NCBI GenBank assembly: GCA_025361205.1
Contig: JANYAS010000079.1
Span: 488 to 64,487 of the forward strand
Reading direction: 5' to 3'
Source of the DNA: Holophagaceae bacterium
Lineage (GTDB): Bacteria; Acidobacteriota; Holophagae; Holophagales; Holophagaceae
DNA: 64,000 nt
Below the pieces are notes generated by a model. The model made no database searches and was not told the origin of the DNA. It saw only the letters and a program-made list of their open reading frames with translations. Shown piece by piece: positions 55,942 through 64,000 of this stretch. Position 1 is the first letter of the stretch. Each line of letters opens with the position of its first letter. A program made the translations under genes and the position numbers.

Positions 55942-58047
55942 TTGGGCCATTCGGACCCCTTCCGGGGAGGCGGTATCCGCAACGCAGCTCTCGATAATCT
56001 CTGCATCAATACCATCCGCTTCCTGTCCGTGGATGCCATCGAGAAAGCCAACAGTGGCCACCCGGGATTGCCGCTGGGGGCGGCGCCCATGGCCTACGCC
56101 TTGTGGACAGAATGCCTCTCCCACAACCCGCTGGATCCCCACTGGGCCAACCGGGACCGCTTCGTGCTCTCTGCGGGCCATGGCTCGATGCTGCTCTATA
56201 GCCTGTTGCATCTCACCGGCTACGATCTCCCCCTGGATGAGCTCCAACGGTTCCGCCAGTGGGGGAGCCGCACGCCGGGCCATCCGGAACGGGGCCTGAC
56301 CCCGGGTGTGGAAGTCACCACCGGACCCTTGGGCCAGGGCTTCGGAAACGGGGTGGGCATGGCCATCGCCGAAGCCCACCTGGCGGCCCGCTACAACCGT
56401 CCAGGTCTCGACATCATCGACCATTACACCTATGGGCTCGTCAGCGATGGCGATCTCATGGAAGGCGTGGCCTCCGAAGCCGCGTCCCTTGCTGGTCACC
56501 TGCAACTGGGCAAGCTCATCTTTCTCTATGACAGCAATCGCATCACGCTCTCGGCCTCAATGCACGTCTCCAGCTCGGAGGATCCAGCCGCACGGTTCAA
56601 AGCCTATGGCTGGCACACCCTGACCGTGCCGGATGGCAACGACCCGGGGGCGATCTCGACGGCCATTCGGGAGGCGCGGGGGGAGCGGGAGCGTCCGTCG
56701 TTGATCGTGGTGAACACCCAGATCGGTTTTGGCTCCCCCCACAAGCAGGGCACCTTTGGCGTTCACGGGTCGCCCCTGGGGGCTGCGGAAGTGAAGCTGA
56801 CCAAGGAGGCCCTCCATTGGCCCGGGGAACCCCCATTCCTCATTCCGGAGGAGGCCCTTGCCCATTTCCGTCAGGCCGTGGAGCGCGGTCGGCAGGCCCA
56901 GGAAGGTTGGAACCAACGCCTGGCCCAGTACGAGGCACAGTATCCCGAGTTGGCCGCCGAGTTGCGTGGCCTCTTGGCGGGCACGCTGCCGGCGGGCTGG
57001 AGCGAAGGCATACCCAGCTTCCCCGCTGACGCCAAGGGCCTCGCCACCCGGGTGGCCTCGGGCCAGGTCATGCAGGCCCTCAAATCGGCCCTGCCAGGCT
57101 TTCTGGGTGGCTCTGCTGACCTCGACCCCTCCACCAACACGGCCCTGAAAGACGCGGGCGATTTCGAAAGCCCGGCCAGGGCGCAGGGCGACCTCCAGGG
57201 CGCTGTGGGGGAAGCCTGGGGTTACGCGGGACGCAACCTCCATTTCGGCATCCGGGAACATGCCATGGGCAGTATCCTCAACGGCCTGGCTGCCCATGGC
57301 GGGCTGCTTCCGTTCGGCGCGACCTTCCTTACCTTCTCCGACTATCTGCGGCCCGCCATCCGTCTGGCGGCCCTGATGCAGCTACAGGTCGTCTACGTCT
57401 TCACCCATGACAGCGTCGCCCTGGGGGAGGACGGCCCCACCCACCAGTCCGTGGAGCACCTCGCCGCCCTCCGGGCCATCCCGGATCTGGTCGTCATCCG
57501 GCCGGGCGACGCCAACGAAACGGCCGTGGCCTGGAAGGTGGCCATCCAGAACCGGAAGGGGCCCGTGGCCCTGATCCTGAGCCGCCAGAACCTGGCGACC
57601 CTCGACCGCGCCGAGCTGGCCCCGGCGGAAGGGCTCGAGCGTGGCGCCTACATTCTCTCGGACCCGCCGGCAGGACAGGCACCCCAAGTCATTCTCATCG
57701 CCACGGGTTCGGAGCTGGGGCTCATCGTGGCAGCCCGGGAGATCCTCGAGAAGGAGGGCGTCCCAATCCGGCTGGTATCCATGCCCAGTTGGGAACTGTT
57801 CGAGCAGCAGTCGGCGGAGTACCGGGAACGGGTGCTGCCAGCTTCCATTCCGGCGCGACTGGCGGTGGAGGCGGGCATCTCCCAGGGTTGGGCGCGCTAC
57901 GTGGGCGACCGGGGCGCCACCCTCAGCGTGGACCACTTCGGGGCCTCGGCCCCGGGCCCGGTGCTGCTGCGGGAGTTCGGCTTCACACCGGAAAACGTGC
58001 GCATGCGGGTCCTGGATCTCATCGCCCGAAACGGGAACACCCCATGA
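55942..58047 (+). CDS. tkt: Transketolase
   Basis: [50 protein letters not shown]. Confidence 0.96.
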   Translation: MGHSDPFRGGGIRNAALDNLCINTIRFLSVDAIEKANSGHPGLPLGAAPMAYALWTECLSHNPLDPHWANRDRFVLSAGHGSMLLYSLLHLTGYDLPLDELQRFRQWGSRTPGHPERGLTPGVEVTTGPLGQGFGNGVGMAIAEAHLAARYNRPGLDIIDHYTYGLVSDGDLMEGVASEAASLAGHLQLGKLIFLYDSNRITLSASMHVSSSEDPAARFKAYGWHTLTVPDGNDPGAISTAIREARGERERPSLIVVNTQIGFGSPHKQGTFGVHGSPLGAAEVKLTKEALHWPGEPPFLIPEEALAHFRQAVERGRQAQEGWNQRLAQYEAQYPELAAELRGLLAGTLPAGWSEGIPSFPADAKGLATRVASGQVMQALKSALPGFLGGSADLDPSTNTALKDAGDFESPARAQGDLQGAVGEAWGYAGRNLHFGIREHAMGSILNGLAAHGGLLPFGATFLTFSDYLRPAIRLAALMQLQVVYVFTHDSVALGEDGPTHQSVEHLAALRAIPDLVVIRPGDANETAVAWKVAIQNRKGPVALILSRQNLATLDRAELAPAEGLERGAYILSDPPAGQAPQVILIATGSELGLIVAAREILEKEGVPIRLVSMPSWELFEQQSAEYRERVLPASIPARLAVEAGISQGWARYVGDRGATLSVDHFGASAPGPVLLREFGFTPENVRMRVLDLIARNGNTP

Positions 58048-58508
58048 AGGTCGCCATCGGCTGTGATCATGGCGGCTTCGTCCTCAAGACCGCCCTCCAG
58101 GAAATGCTGCTGAGGTCGGGGCATCAGCTGCTGGACTGCGGCGCCCACAGCTTTGATCCCGAGGATGATTACCCTGATTTCACCCAGGCCGTCGGTGAGG
58201 CCATCCAGCGTCATGAGGCCGACCGGGGCCTCATCATTTGCGGCAGCGGGGTGGGCGCCTCGGTGGCCGCCAACAAGCTGCGGGGCATCCGGGCCGGGCT
58301 CTGCCATGACACCTATTCGGCCCATCAGGGGGTGGAGGACGACAACATCAACGTGCTCTGCCTAGGAGGATGGGTGGTGGGTTCCGTCCTTGCCGAGGAG
58401 ATCGTGATCGCATTCCTGTCGGCGCGGTTCAGTGGGGCGGAACGGCACCTGCGCCGGCTCGGTAAGGTAGCGCACCTGGAGCAGGGCGGGGTCTCACCCT
58501 TGAAATGA
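58044..58508 (+). CDS. rpiB: Ribose-5-phosphate isomerase B
   Basis: [28 protein letters not shown]. Confidence 0.95.
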   Translation: MKVAIGCDHGGFVLKTALQEMLLRSGHQLLDCGAHSFDPEDDYPDFTQAVGEAIQRHEADRGLIICGSGVGASVAANKLRGIRAGLCHDTYSAHQGVEDDNINVLCLGGWVVGSVLAEEIVIAFLSARFSGAERHLRRLGKVAHLEQGGVSPLK

Positions 58509-58564
58509 CCGCTGGAAGGCTCCCCCATTTTGGGATGGCAAGGACGGTTGAAGGAGGCAACGCG

Positions 58565-59992
58565 ATGGGCGATCCCGGAACGCCTTACTGTGAAGTTGGC
58601 ATGGTGGGTCTCGGAGTGATGGGTCGGAACCTGCTCCTCAATATCGCCGACCACAGCTTTCCGGTGGCGGGCTATGACCAGGACCCGGCCAAGGTGGAGG
58701 CGCTCCGCCAGGAGGCGGGGACGCGTGATGTCCAGGGGGTCGGTGACCTGAAGTCGCTGGTGGCCCTGCTCCGCCCGCCCCGGGCCCTCATCCTGCTGGT
58801 CCCGGCCGGTGCGCCGGTGGATGCGGTGAGCGGGGAACTGCGTGGGCTATTGGAAGACGGCGACCTCATCATCGATTCCGGAAATTCCCATTTCAAGGAT
58901 ACCGATCGCCGGGAAGACGAGTTGAAGCGAAGCCGGATCGGCTTTCTCGGCGTGGGTATTTCCGGTGGAGAACGGGGCGCGCGGGAAGGGGCGAGCATCA
59001 TGGCGGGCGGTACTGTGGCCGCCTACGACCGGATCCGGCCGGTGTTGGAGGCGGTCGCCGCGAAGGTCGGCGGCGAACCCTGTGTGGCCCACCTCGGGCC
59101 CGGCTCCACGGGCCACTTCGTGAAGATGGTCCACAACGGCATCGAGTACGGCCTCATCCAACTGCTGGCGGAATCCTACGACCTGATGAAGCGGGGCCTC
59201 GGTCTGGACAACGCTGCGATGCAGGAACAGTACGAGACCTGGAACCGGGGTGAACTCAGTGGCTACCTGGTGGAGATCACCGCGCGCATCCTTGGCCGCC
59301 CCGATGACCTGACCGAGCATCGGCTCATCGACGAGATCCTTCCCGTGGCCCGGCAGAAGGGCACCGGGATGTGGACCTCCCAGATCGCCATGGACCTGCA
59401 GACGCCGATCCCCACCATCGATAGCGCGGTCGCCATGCGCAACCTTTCAGCCTTGGAGGAGGAACGGAACCGCGTCGGCCCGTCCCTGGCCCGGCCCATC
59501 GAGCCCTTCAGGGGCGACCGGGATGCCTTCCTGTCCCAATTGCAGCAGGCCCTCCACGCCGGCATGATCCTCACCTACGCCCAGGGGTTCGCCATACTGC
59601 CCGTGGCTTCCCGTGAGTACCACTACACCATCGATCTGGCCGCCGTGGCGCGCATCTGGCGCGGCGGCTGCATCATTCGTGCGGCGCTGCTGGAGCCCGT
59701 CCGGGCCGCTTTTGAGCGGGAGCCTGGGCTGCCCAATCTGCTGCTGGATCCCACCCTGGCCGAGCACCTCCAGGCCAGCGAGGCCGGGCTGCGGGAGGTG
59801 GTGGCCACGGCGATCCGGATGGGGCTGCCCCTCCCCGGGCTAGCCTCGGCCCTGACCTATCTGGACAGCTACCGCAGCCCCTGGCTTCCGGCCAACCTCA
59901 TCCAGGCCCAGCGGGACTATTTCGGTGCCCACACGTATGAGCGCAGCGACCGGCCAGGGACCTTTCACACCGAATGGGAGCAGCCGCGATGA
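58565..59992 (+). CDS. gndA: NADP-dependent 6-phosphogluconate dehydrogenase
   Basis: GLGVMGRNL, IDSGNS, GHFVKMVHNGIEY, QKGTG, QAQRDYFGAHTY. Confidence 0.96.
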   Translation: MGDPGTPYCEVGMVGLGVMGRNLLLNIADHSFPVAGYDQDPAKVEALRQEAGTRDVQGVGDLKSLVALLRPPRALILLVPAGAPVDAVSGELRGLLEDGDLIIDSGNSHFKDTDRREDELKRSRIGFLGVGISGGERGAREGASIMAGGTVAAYDRIRPVLEAVAAKVGGEPCVAHLGPGSTGHFVKMVHNGIEYGLIQLLAESYDLMKRGLGLDNAAMQEQYETWNRGELSGYLVEITARILGRPDDLTEHRLIDEILPVARQKGTGMWTSQIAMDLQTPIPTIDSAVAMRNLSALEEERNRVGPSLARPIEPFRGDRDAFLSQLQQALHAGMILTYAQGFAILPVASREYHYTIDLAAVARIWRGGCIIRAALLEPVRAAFEREPGLPNLLLDPTLAEHLQASEAGLREVVATAIRMGLPLPGLASALTYLDSYRSPWLPANLIQAQRDYFGAHTYERSDRPGTFHTEWEQPR

Positions 59993-61521
59993 AGGCCAAG
60001 GACCGGCCTGAACCCACCCTGTTCGTGCTCTTCGGCGGCACCGGCGACTTGGCCTGGCGGAAACTGGTGCCGGCCCTCTTCGATCTCTATATCGATGGGC
60101 ACCTGCCGAACCCCTTCGGGATTCTCGCCGTGGGCCGAGGGGACTTTGACGATGCCAGCCTGAGCCGGCATTACCGGGAAGGGGTCGACCGGCATTCCCG
60201 GCGCGGGATCGCCCGGGACGAGGACTGGGGGGCCTTTGCTGCTCAGATCCACTTCCTTCGGGGTGATCCCGGCAGCCAGGAAATCTATGCTTCGCTGGCG
60301 GAGGCGTGCGCGCGGTTGGATCAGGAATGGCAGGTGAAGGCCCAACGCATTTTCTACATGGCCACGCCGCCCGACCTCTTCGGGGTGATCCCCAAATATT
60401 TGAAGGAGGCGGGCCTGGCCCAGGACTTGGAGCGCGCCCGGATCGTGGTGGAAAAGCCCATCGGTTGCGACCTTGCCTCCGCCCTGAGCCTCAACGCCAC
60501 CCTGGGGGACTGTTGCCAGGAAGCCCAGATCTTCCGCATCGATCACTATCTCGGCAAGGAGACCGTGCAGAACATCCTGGCTTTCCGGTTCGCCAATCCC
60601 ATGTTCGAACCCATCTGGAACCGTCGCTACGTGGACTACGTGACCATCACTGTGGCCGAGGCCGTGGGTGTGGCGCACCGCGGGGGCTACTACGAAAAGG
60701 CCGGGGCCCTGCGCGACATGGTCCAGAACCACCTGATGCAGATCCTCTGCCTGGTGGCGATGGAGCCCATGGTTTCGTTCCAGGCGGACGAGATCCGCAA
60801 CAAGAAGGTGGATGTCCTTCACGCGATCCGGCCCATACCCCGAGACGAAGTGAGCCAGTACGCCATCCGCGGTCAGTATAACGAGGGTTGGATGGACGGT
60901 CAGAAGGTCCCCGGCTACAGGGAGGAGGCTGGGGTCGGTCACCATTCCCAGACAGAGACCTTCGTGGCCCTGAAACTGCTGGTGGACAACTGGCGCTGGA
61001 AGGATGTGCCCTTCTACCTACGCACGGGCAAACGGATGCCCCGCCAGGTCTCAGAAGTGGCCATCCAGTTCAGGGCGGTGCCGCACCAGTGCTTCCCGGC
61101 CGAAGCCACCCAGGACTGGCAGCCATCGCGGCTCATTATGCTGATCCAGCCCGAGCAGGGCATCATCCTGCGCTTCCAGGCCAAGCAGCCCGGCCCCAAG
61201 ATGCATCTGCGCACCTCCGAAATGCGCTTTGATTACAGCCAGGCCTTCGCCAATCCCTCACCCGATCCCTACGAGACCCTGCTCTGGGACGTGATGAAGG
61301 GAGATACCACCTTGTTCATGCGCCCCGATCAGGTGGAGGCAGCCTGGCAGGTCCTGGCGCCCATCCTGGACGTCTGGTCCTCGGCCACCCCCAACGATTT
61401 CCCCAACTACCCCGCCGGCACCTGGGGACCCGAAGCCACCCAGGGCCTGCTCGCCAAACAGGGCCATCGCTGGCCATTGCCGGTGGATCTGGCCGGTTCG
61501 CCCGACAAGGGCCAGCCATGA
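59989..61521 (+). CDS. zwf: Glucose-6-phosphate 1-dehydrogenase
   Basis: FGGTGDLA.RKL.P, RIDHYLGKE, RDMVQNHL, GVPFY-like KDVPFYLRTGK. Confidence 0.96.
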   Translation: MKAKDRPEPTLFVLFGGTGDLAWRKLVPALFDLYIDGHLPNPFGILAVGRGDFDDASLSRHYREGVDRHSRRGIARDEDWGAFAAQIHFLRGDPGSQEIYASLAEACARLDQEWQVKAQRIFYMATPPDLFGVIPKYLKEAGLAQDLERARIVVEKPIGCDLASALSLNATLGDCCQEAQIFRIDHYLGKETVQNILAFRFANPMFEPIWNRRYVDYVTITVAEAVGVAHRGGYYEKAGALRDMVQNHLMQILCLVAMEPMVSFQADEIRNKKVDVLHAIRPIPRDEVSQYAIRGQYNEGWMDGQKVPGYREEAGVGHHSQTETFVALKLLVDNWRWKDVPFYLRTGKRMPRQVSEVAIQFRAVPHQCFPAEATQDWQPSRLIMLIQPEQGIILRFQAKQPGPKMHLRTSEMRFDYSQAFANPSPDPYETLLWDVMKGDTTLFMRPDQVEAAWQVLAPILDVWSSATPNDFPNYPAGTWGPEATQGLLAKQGHRWPLPVDLAGSPDKGQP

Positions 61522-61631
61522 CGGTGAGGCGAGCGGGTCCCAGAGATGGTGGTGATTGTGGCGGCTTTGGCGGGCTCGAGGCCCTGCGGACGCTGGCCGA
61601 CGCTGCCCTGCACGTGACTTCGGCGTCATGA
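61518..61631 (+). pseudogene. N-terminal scrap of an NAD(P)/FAD oxidoreductase (NDH-2-like)
   Basis: ATGA overlap with zwf; VVIV / GGFGGLEALRTLADAALHVT across a one-base frameshift. Confidence 0.6.
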
Positions 61632-61695
61632 TTAACAGAGACCCCTCCCGCGCCCCGGTCTGTCATCCCTCCTCGTCTCTCAATCGCAGGATCTC

Positions 61696-63723
61696 GTGCC
61701 TCACACCCCTTCGATCCCGTCGCCTCAGCTGGCGCCTGAACGTCTTACCCCGCTGCCGACGGCGGGCGCCCAAGCCCGCGCCCGGCGGTGGTGGATCGCG
61801 CTCGGCGCGGCGCTGGTCCTGGGAGTGTTCCTTCCTCTCGGCGTCCTGACGCTGCTCCGCTCCGCACCCGTCCGACGCGCGCTCCGCGAACGCGCCGTCA
61901 CCGAGCTCGCCACCCGGCTCCCAGGTGCGCGCCTCGAGGGAACGGTAAACGTCGATGCTGCGTTCCGACTCGTGATGGGGCCGGTCGTGCTCGGCCTGCC
62001 CGGTGACAGGACGCCGCTCCTCGTGGTCGACCGAGTCGCCGTACAACCGCGTCTGTGGCGCCTCGTCAGCGGTCACCTGGAGGCAGGGGTGGTCGCCCTG
62101 CAAGGCGTGCACGTCCTGGCGGGCTGGGGGGGGGAGCGTTTCGTGGACCTCGCGCGTGCCCTCCGCCCAGGCAACCCGCGAGCGACCAGCTCGGGGCCGG
62201 GGCACGACGCGCCTGCGCCACCGATGGTCACATTCTCCGGGCTGGAGGTGCGTCTCGAGGGCGCACCGTCCAGGCGGTTGCCCGTCGTCTGGGGCCCGCT
62301 GGGCGGACGCCTACACCTCGATCGCGATCGAGGAACGGGCGAGCGCACCCATGCCTCGATCGCGCTCGAGGGTCCGGGGCGCGCGGAGGGCGCGATCGAG
62401 GTCATGTGGGGCGGCGGCCCTGGCGCACTCCAGATCCGACTCCACGGGCTGGGTGCCGAGGCGCTCCCAGAATGCCTGCACGCGCGACTTCCCTTCGAGC
62501 TCCGAGCCGGCGCGGTCGACCTCTCGTTCGAGGCACCGCACCTTGAGGCGCTCTCACAGGGCGAGGGCCAGCTCACGCTCGTCACGCGCAACCTCTCGGT
62601 GTTCGCGGAGCGGCTCGCGCCCGAGCCTGTGGGCCCGCTCTCGGTCCGCTTGGCGGGTCGCGTGCGCTGGGACGCTGTCGCGCGGACTGCGGCCCTGGTG
62701 GAGGCAACGGTGGCCCTGGACGACGCGGGTCGGGCCGCGCTGAAGGTCGCGCTCTCGGTCGCGGCGCGCCCCGAGCCTCACTTCGAGCTCGCGCTTCGCG
62801 CGACTGCGGTGGACTGGACGGTCCTCGCCGCATCCCTTCCCCCGGCGCTCGCACCTCCGCGCGGCGCCCCACGGCTCACTGGCCTACTCGCGGGCTCTCT
62901 CACACTCGCCGGTCCGCTTCGCCAGCCCGCCGCATGGCGGCTCGATGGAGAGGTGGACCCGAGCTACCTCGCGCCAGCACTGGCCGCTGGCGGACCCAAT
63001 CTGGCGCGCCCCTTCGTCTGCGAGGCGCTCCTCACTCGTGGCGGTAGGCGGCGAGTGACCATCGGCCCGGAGAACCCCGCGTTCGTGCCCCTGGGCGAGC
63101 TTCCGAACCACCTCGTGCGCGCGGTGCTCGCGAGCGAGGACGCCGGCTTCTACGGCCACAAGGGGTTCGACCTGTCCGAAGTCCAGGAGGCCCTATCAAA
63201 CGGGGGCCGAATGCGCGGCGCTTCCACCCTCACCCAACAGCTCGCTAAGAATCTCTTCCTGTCACGCGACCGCACGCTCTCGCGCAAGGTTCGCGAGGCA
63301 CTCGCGACCGTCGCACTCGAGGTCGCGGTGGGGAAGCGTCGGATCCTCGAGATCTATCTCAACCTGGCGGAGTGGGGCGACTGTGTGAACGGGATCGGCG
63401 AGGCAGCCCGGCACTGGTTCGGCAAGGACGCACGCGCCCTGAGCCCCAAGGAGGCGGCCCTGCTCGCAACCGTGATCCCGAACCCGGTGCGCTACGAAAT
63501 GTACCGCAGGCGAGGCGCACTCACGCCCGCCTGGGAAGTGCGGGTGGACGACCTGCTCATGAAGCTCCACGCCACCGGCGTGCTCGATGACGAAAGCCTG
63601 CGCGCCGCGGAGGCGGAGACGCTCACCTTCACCACAAGCCCGCGATCGAAGCGAGCCCCACCTGACAAGCGGCTAGAACGTGTGTTTCCGGCAGGCCGGG
63701 CTGATCTGAGTCCCGGAATCTAA
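61696..63723 (+). CDS. Large monofunctional peptidoglycan transglycosylase (GT51 at C-terminus)
   Basis: N-terminal TM, ~420-aa beta-rich region, then LASEDAGFYGH, GASTLTQQLAKNL, RKVRE, ILEIYLNLAEWG; no transpeptidase domain. Confidence 0.85.
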   Translation: MPHTPSIPSPQLAPERLTPLPTAGAQARARRWWIALGAALVLGVFLPLGVLTLLRSAPVRRALRERAVTELATRLPGARLEGTVNVDAAFRLVMGPVVLGLPGDRTPLLVVDRVAVQPRLWRLVSGHLEAGVVALQGVHVLAGWGGERFVDLARALRPGNPRATSSGPGHDAPAPPMVTFSGLEVRLEGAPSRRLPVVWGPLGGRLHLDRDRGTGERTHASIALEGPGRAEGAIEVMWGGGPGALQIRLHGLGAEALPECLHARLPFELRAGAVDLSFEAPHLEALSQGEGQLTLVTRNLSVFAERLAPEPVGPLSVRLAGRVRWDAVARTAALVEATVALDDAGRAALKVALSVAARPEPHFELALRATAVDWTVLAASLPPALAPPRGAPRLTGLLAGSLTLAGPLRQPAAWRLDGEVDPSYLAPALAAGGPNLARPFVCEALLTRGGRRRVTIGPENPAFVPLGELPNHLVRAVLASEDAGFYGHKGFDLSEVQEALSNGGRMRGASTLTQQLAKNLFLSRDRTLSRKVREALATVALEVAVGKRRILEIYLNLAEWGDCVNGIGEAARHWFGKDARALSPKEAALLATVIPNPVRYEMYRRRGALTPAWEVRVDDLLMKLHATGVLDDESLRAAEAETLTFTTSPRSKRAPPDKRLERVFPAGRADLSPGI

Positions 63724-64000
63724 AGCCAATATTGGATCCACCTGAGTGGCACCGACTCAATCCAAATCGCCTGTACTTGGGTTCCATTGGCCGCGGTCGG
63801 ACCTCCGGGCCTGAACAGGGCGGTTGGTTCGCATCATCCAATCTGATCCGTGTATATGGTTGGGAAGCGTGAAAGCCCTGGGAGCCTTCCGAGAGGATCC
63901 CCTTGCAAAAGGATGCGAAGAGATCTGTTGATCGGTTCGCCGGACCTCTGGATCAATGCATTGGGCCAGGTCCTCACCAGGCGCCCCTTCCTTTTCAACT

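Noticed and set aside
1-64000. CRISPR array, tRNA, rRNA, integrase, prophage
   Set aside because: No regularly spaced repeat-spacer array, cloverleaf, rRNA signature or phage/integrase motifs were seen; the tandem repeats found are protein-coding.
63730-64000. Minus-strand partial ORF at the window end
   Set aside because: Too short and unrecognisable without downstream sequence.

Overview
This is a GC-rich bacterial chromosomal window. The gene set and style suggest Acidobacteriota/Holophagaceae (Geothrix-like), which is an inference only. Bases 1 to ~36.6 kb look like core genome: tonB end, RNase P RNA, GNAT/MFS, fur, add, nrnA, ribA, rluB, feoAB plus a small Cys-rich gene, HU, cytochrome c, radical SAM, a 26-aa-repeat protein, rapA, an acuC-acuB-Pat cassette divergent from an acyl-CoA synthetase and acyl-CoA dehydrogenase, cvfB and pqiABC. 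This part is dotted with palindromic intergenic repeats. From ~36.6 kb to the end it is a compositionally mixed accessory region. It carries stress/redox and carbon genes (csbD, glgX, lemA/TPM, a Fe/Mn SOD-ferritin-like cargo-encapsulin-Rieske/FAD reductase-second ribA run, GH130, alpha/beta hydrolase, wrbA, tkt-rpiB-gnd-zwf, a large transglycosylase) and many gene remnants (PBP fused to a collapsed ISL3, VOC, NDH-2). The best candidate for an undescribed system is the five-gene encapsulin cluster, a putative flavin-linked iron/superoxide nanocompartment. No CRISPR array, tRNA or rRNA was seen. All calls come from motif recognition by eye; no searches were run.
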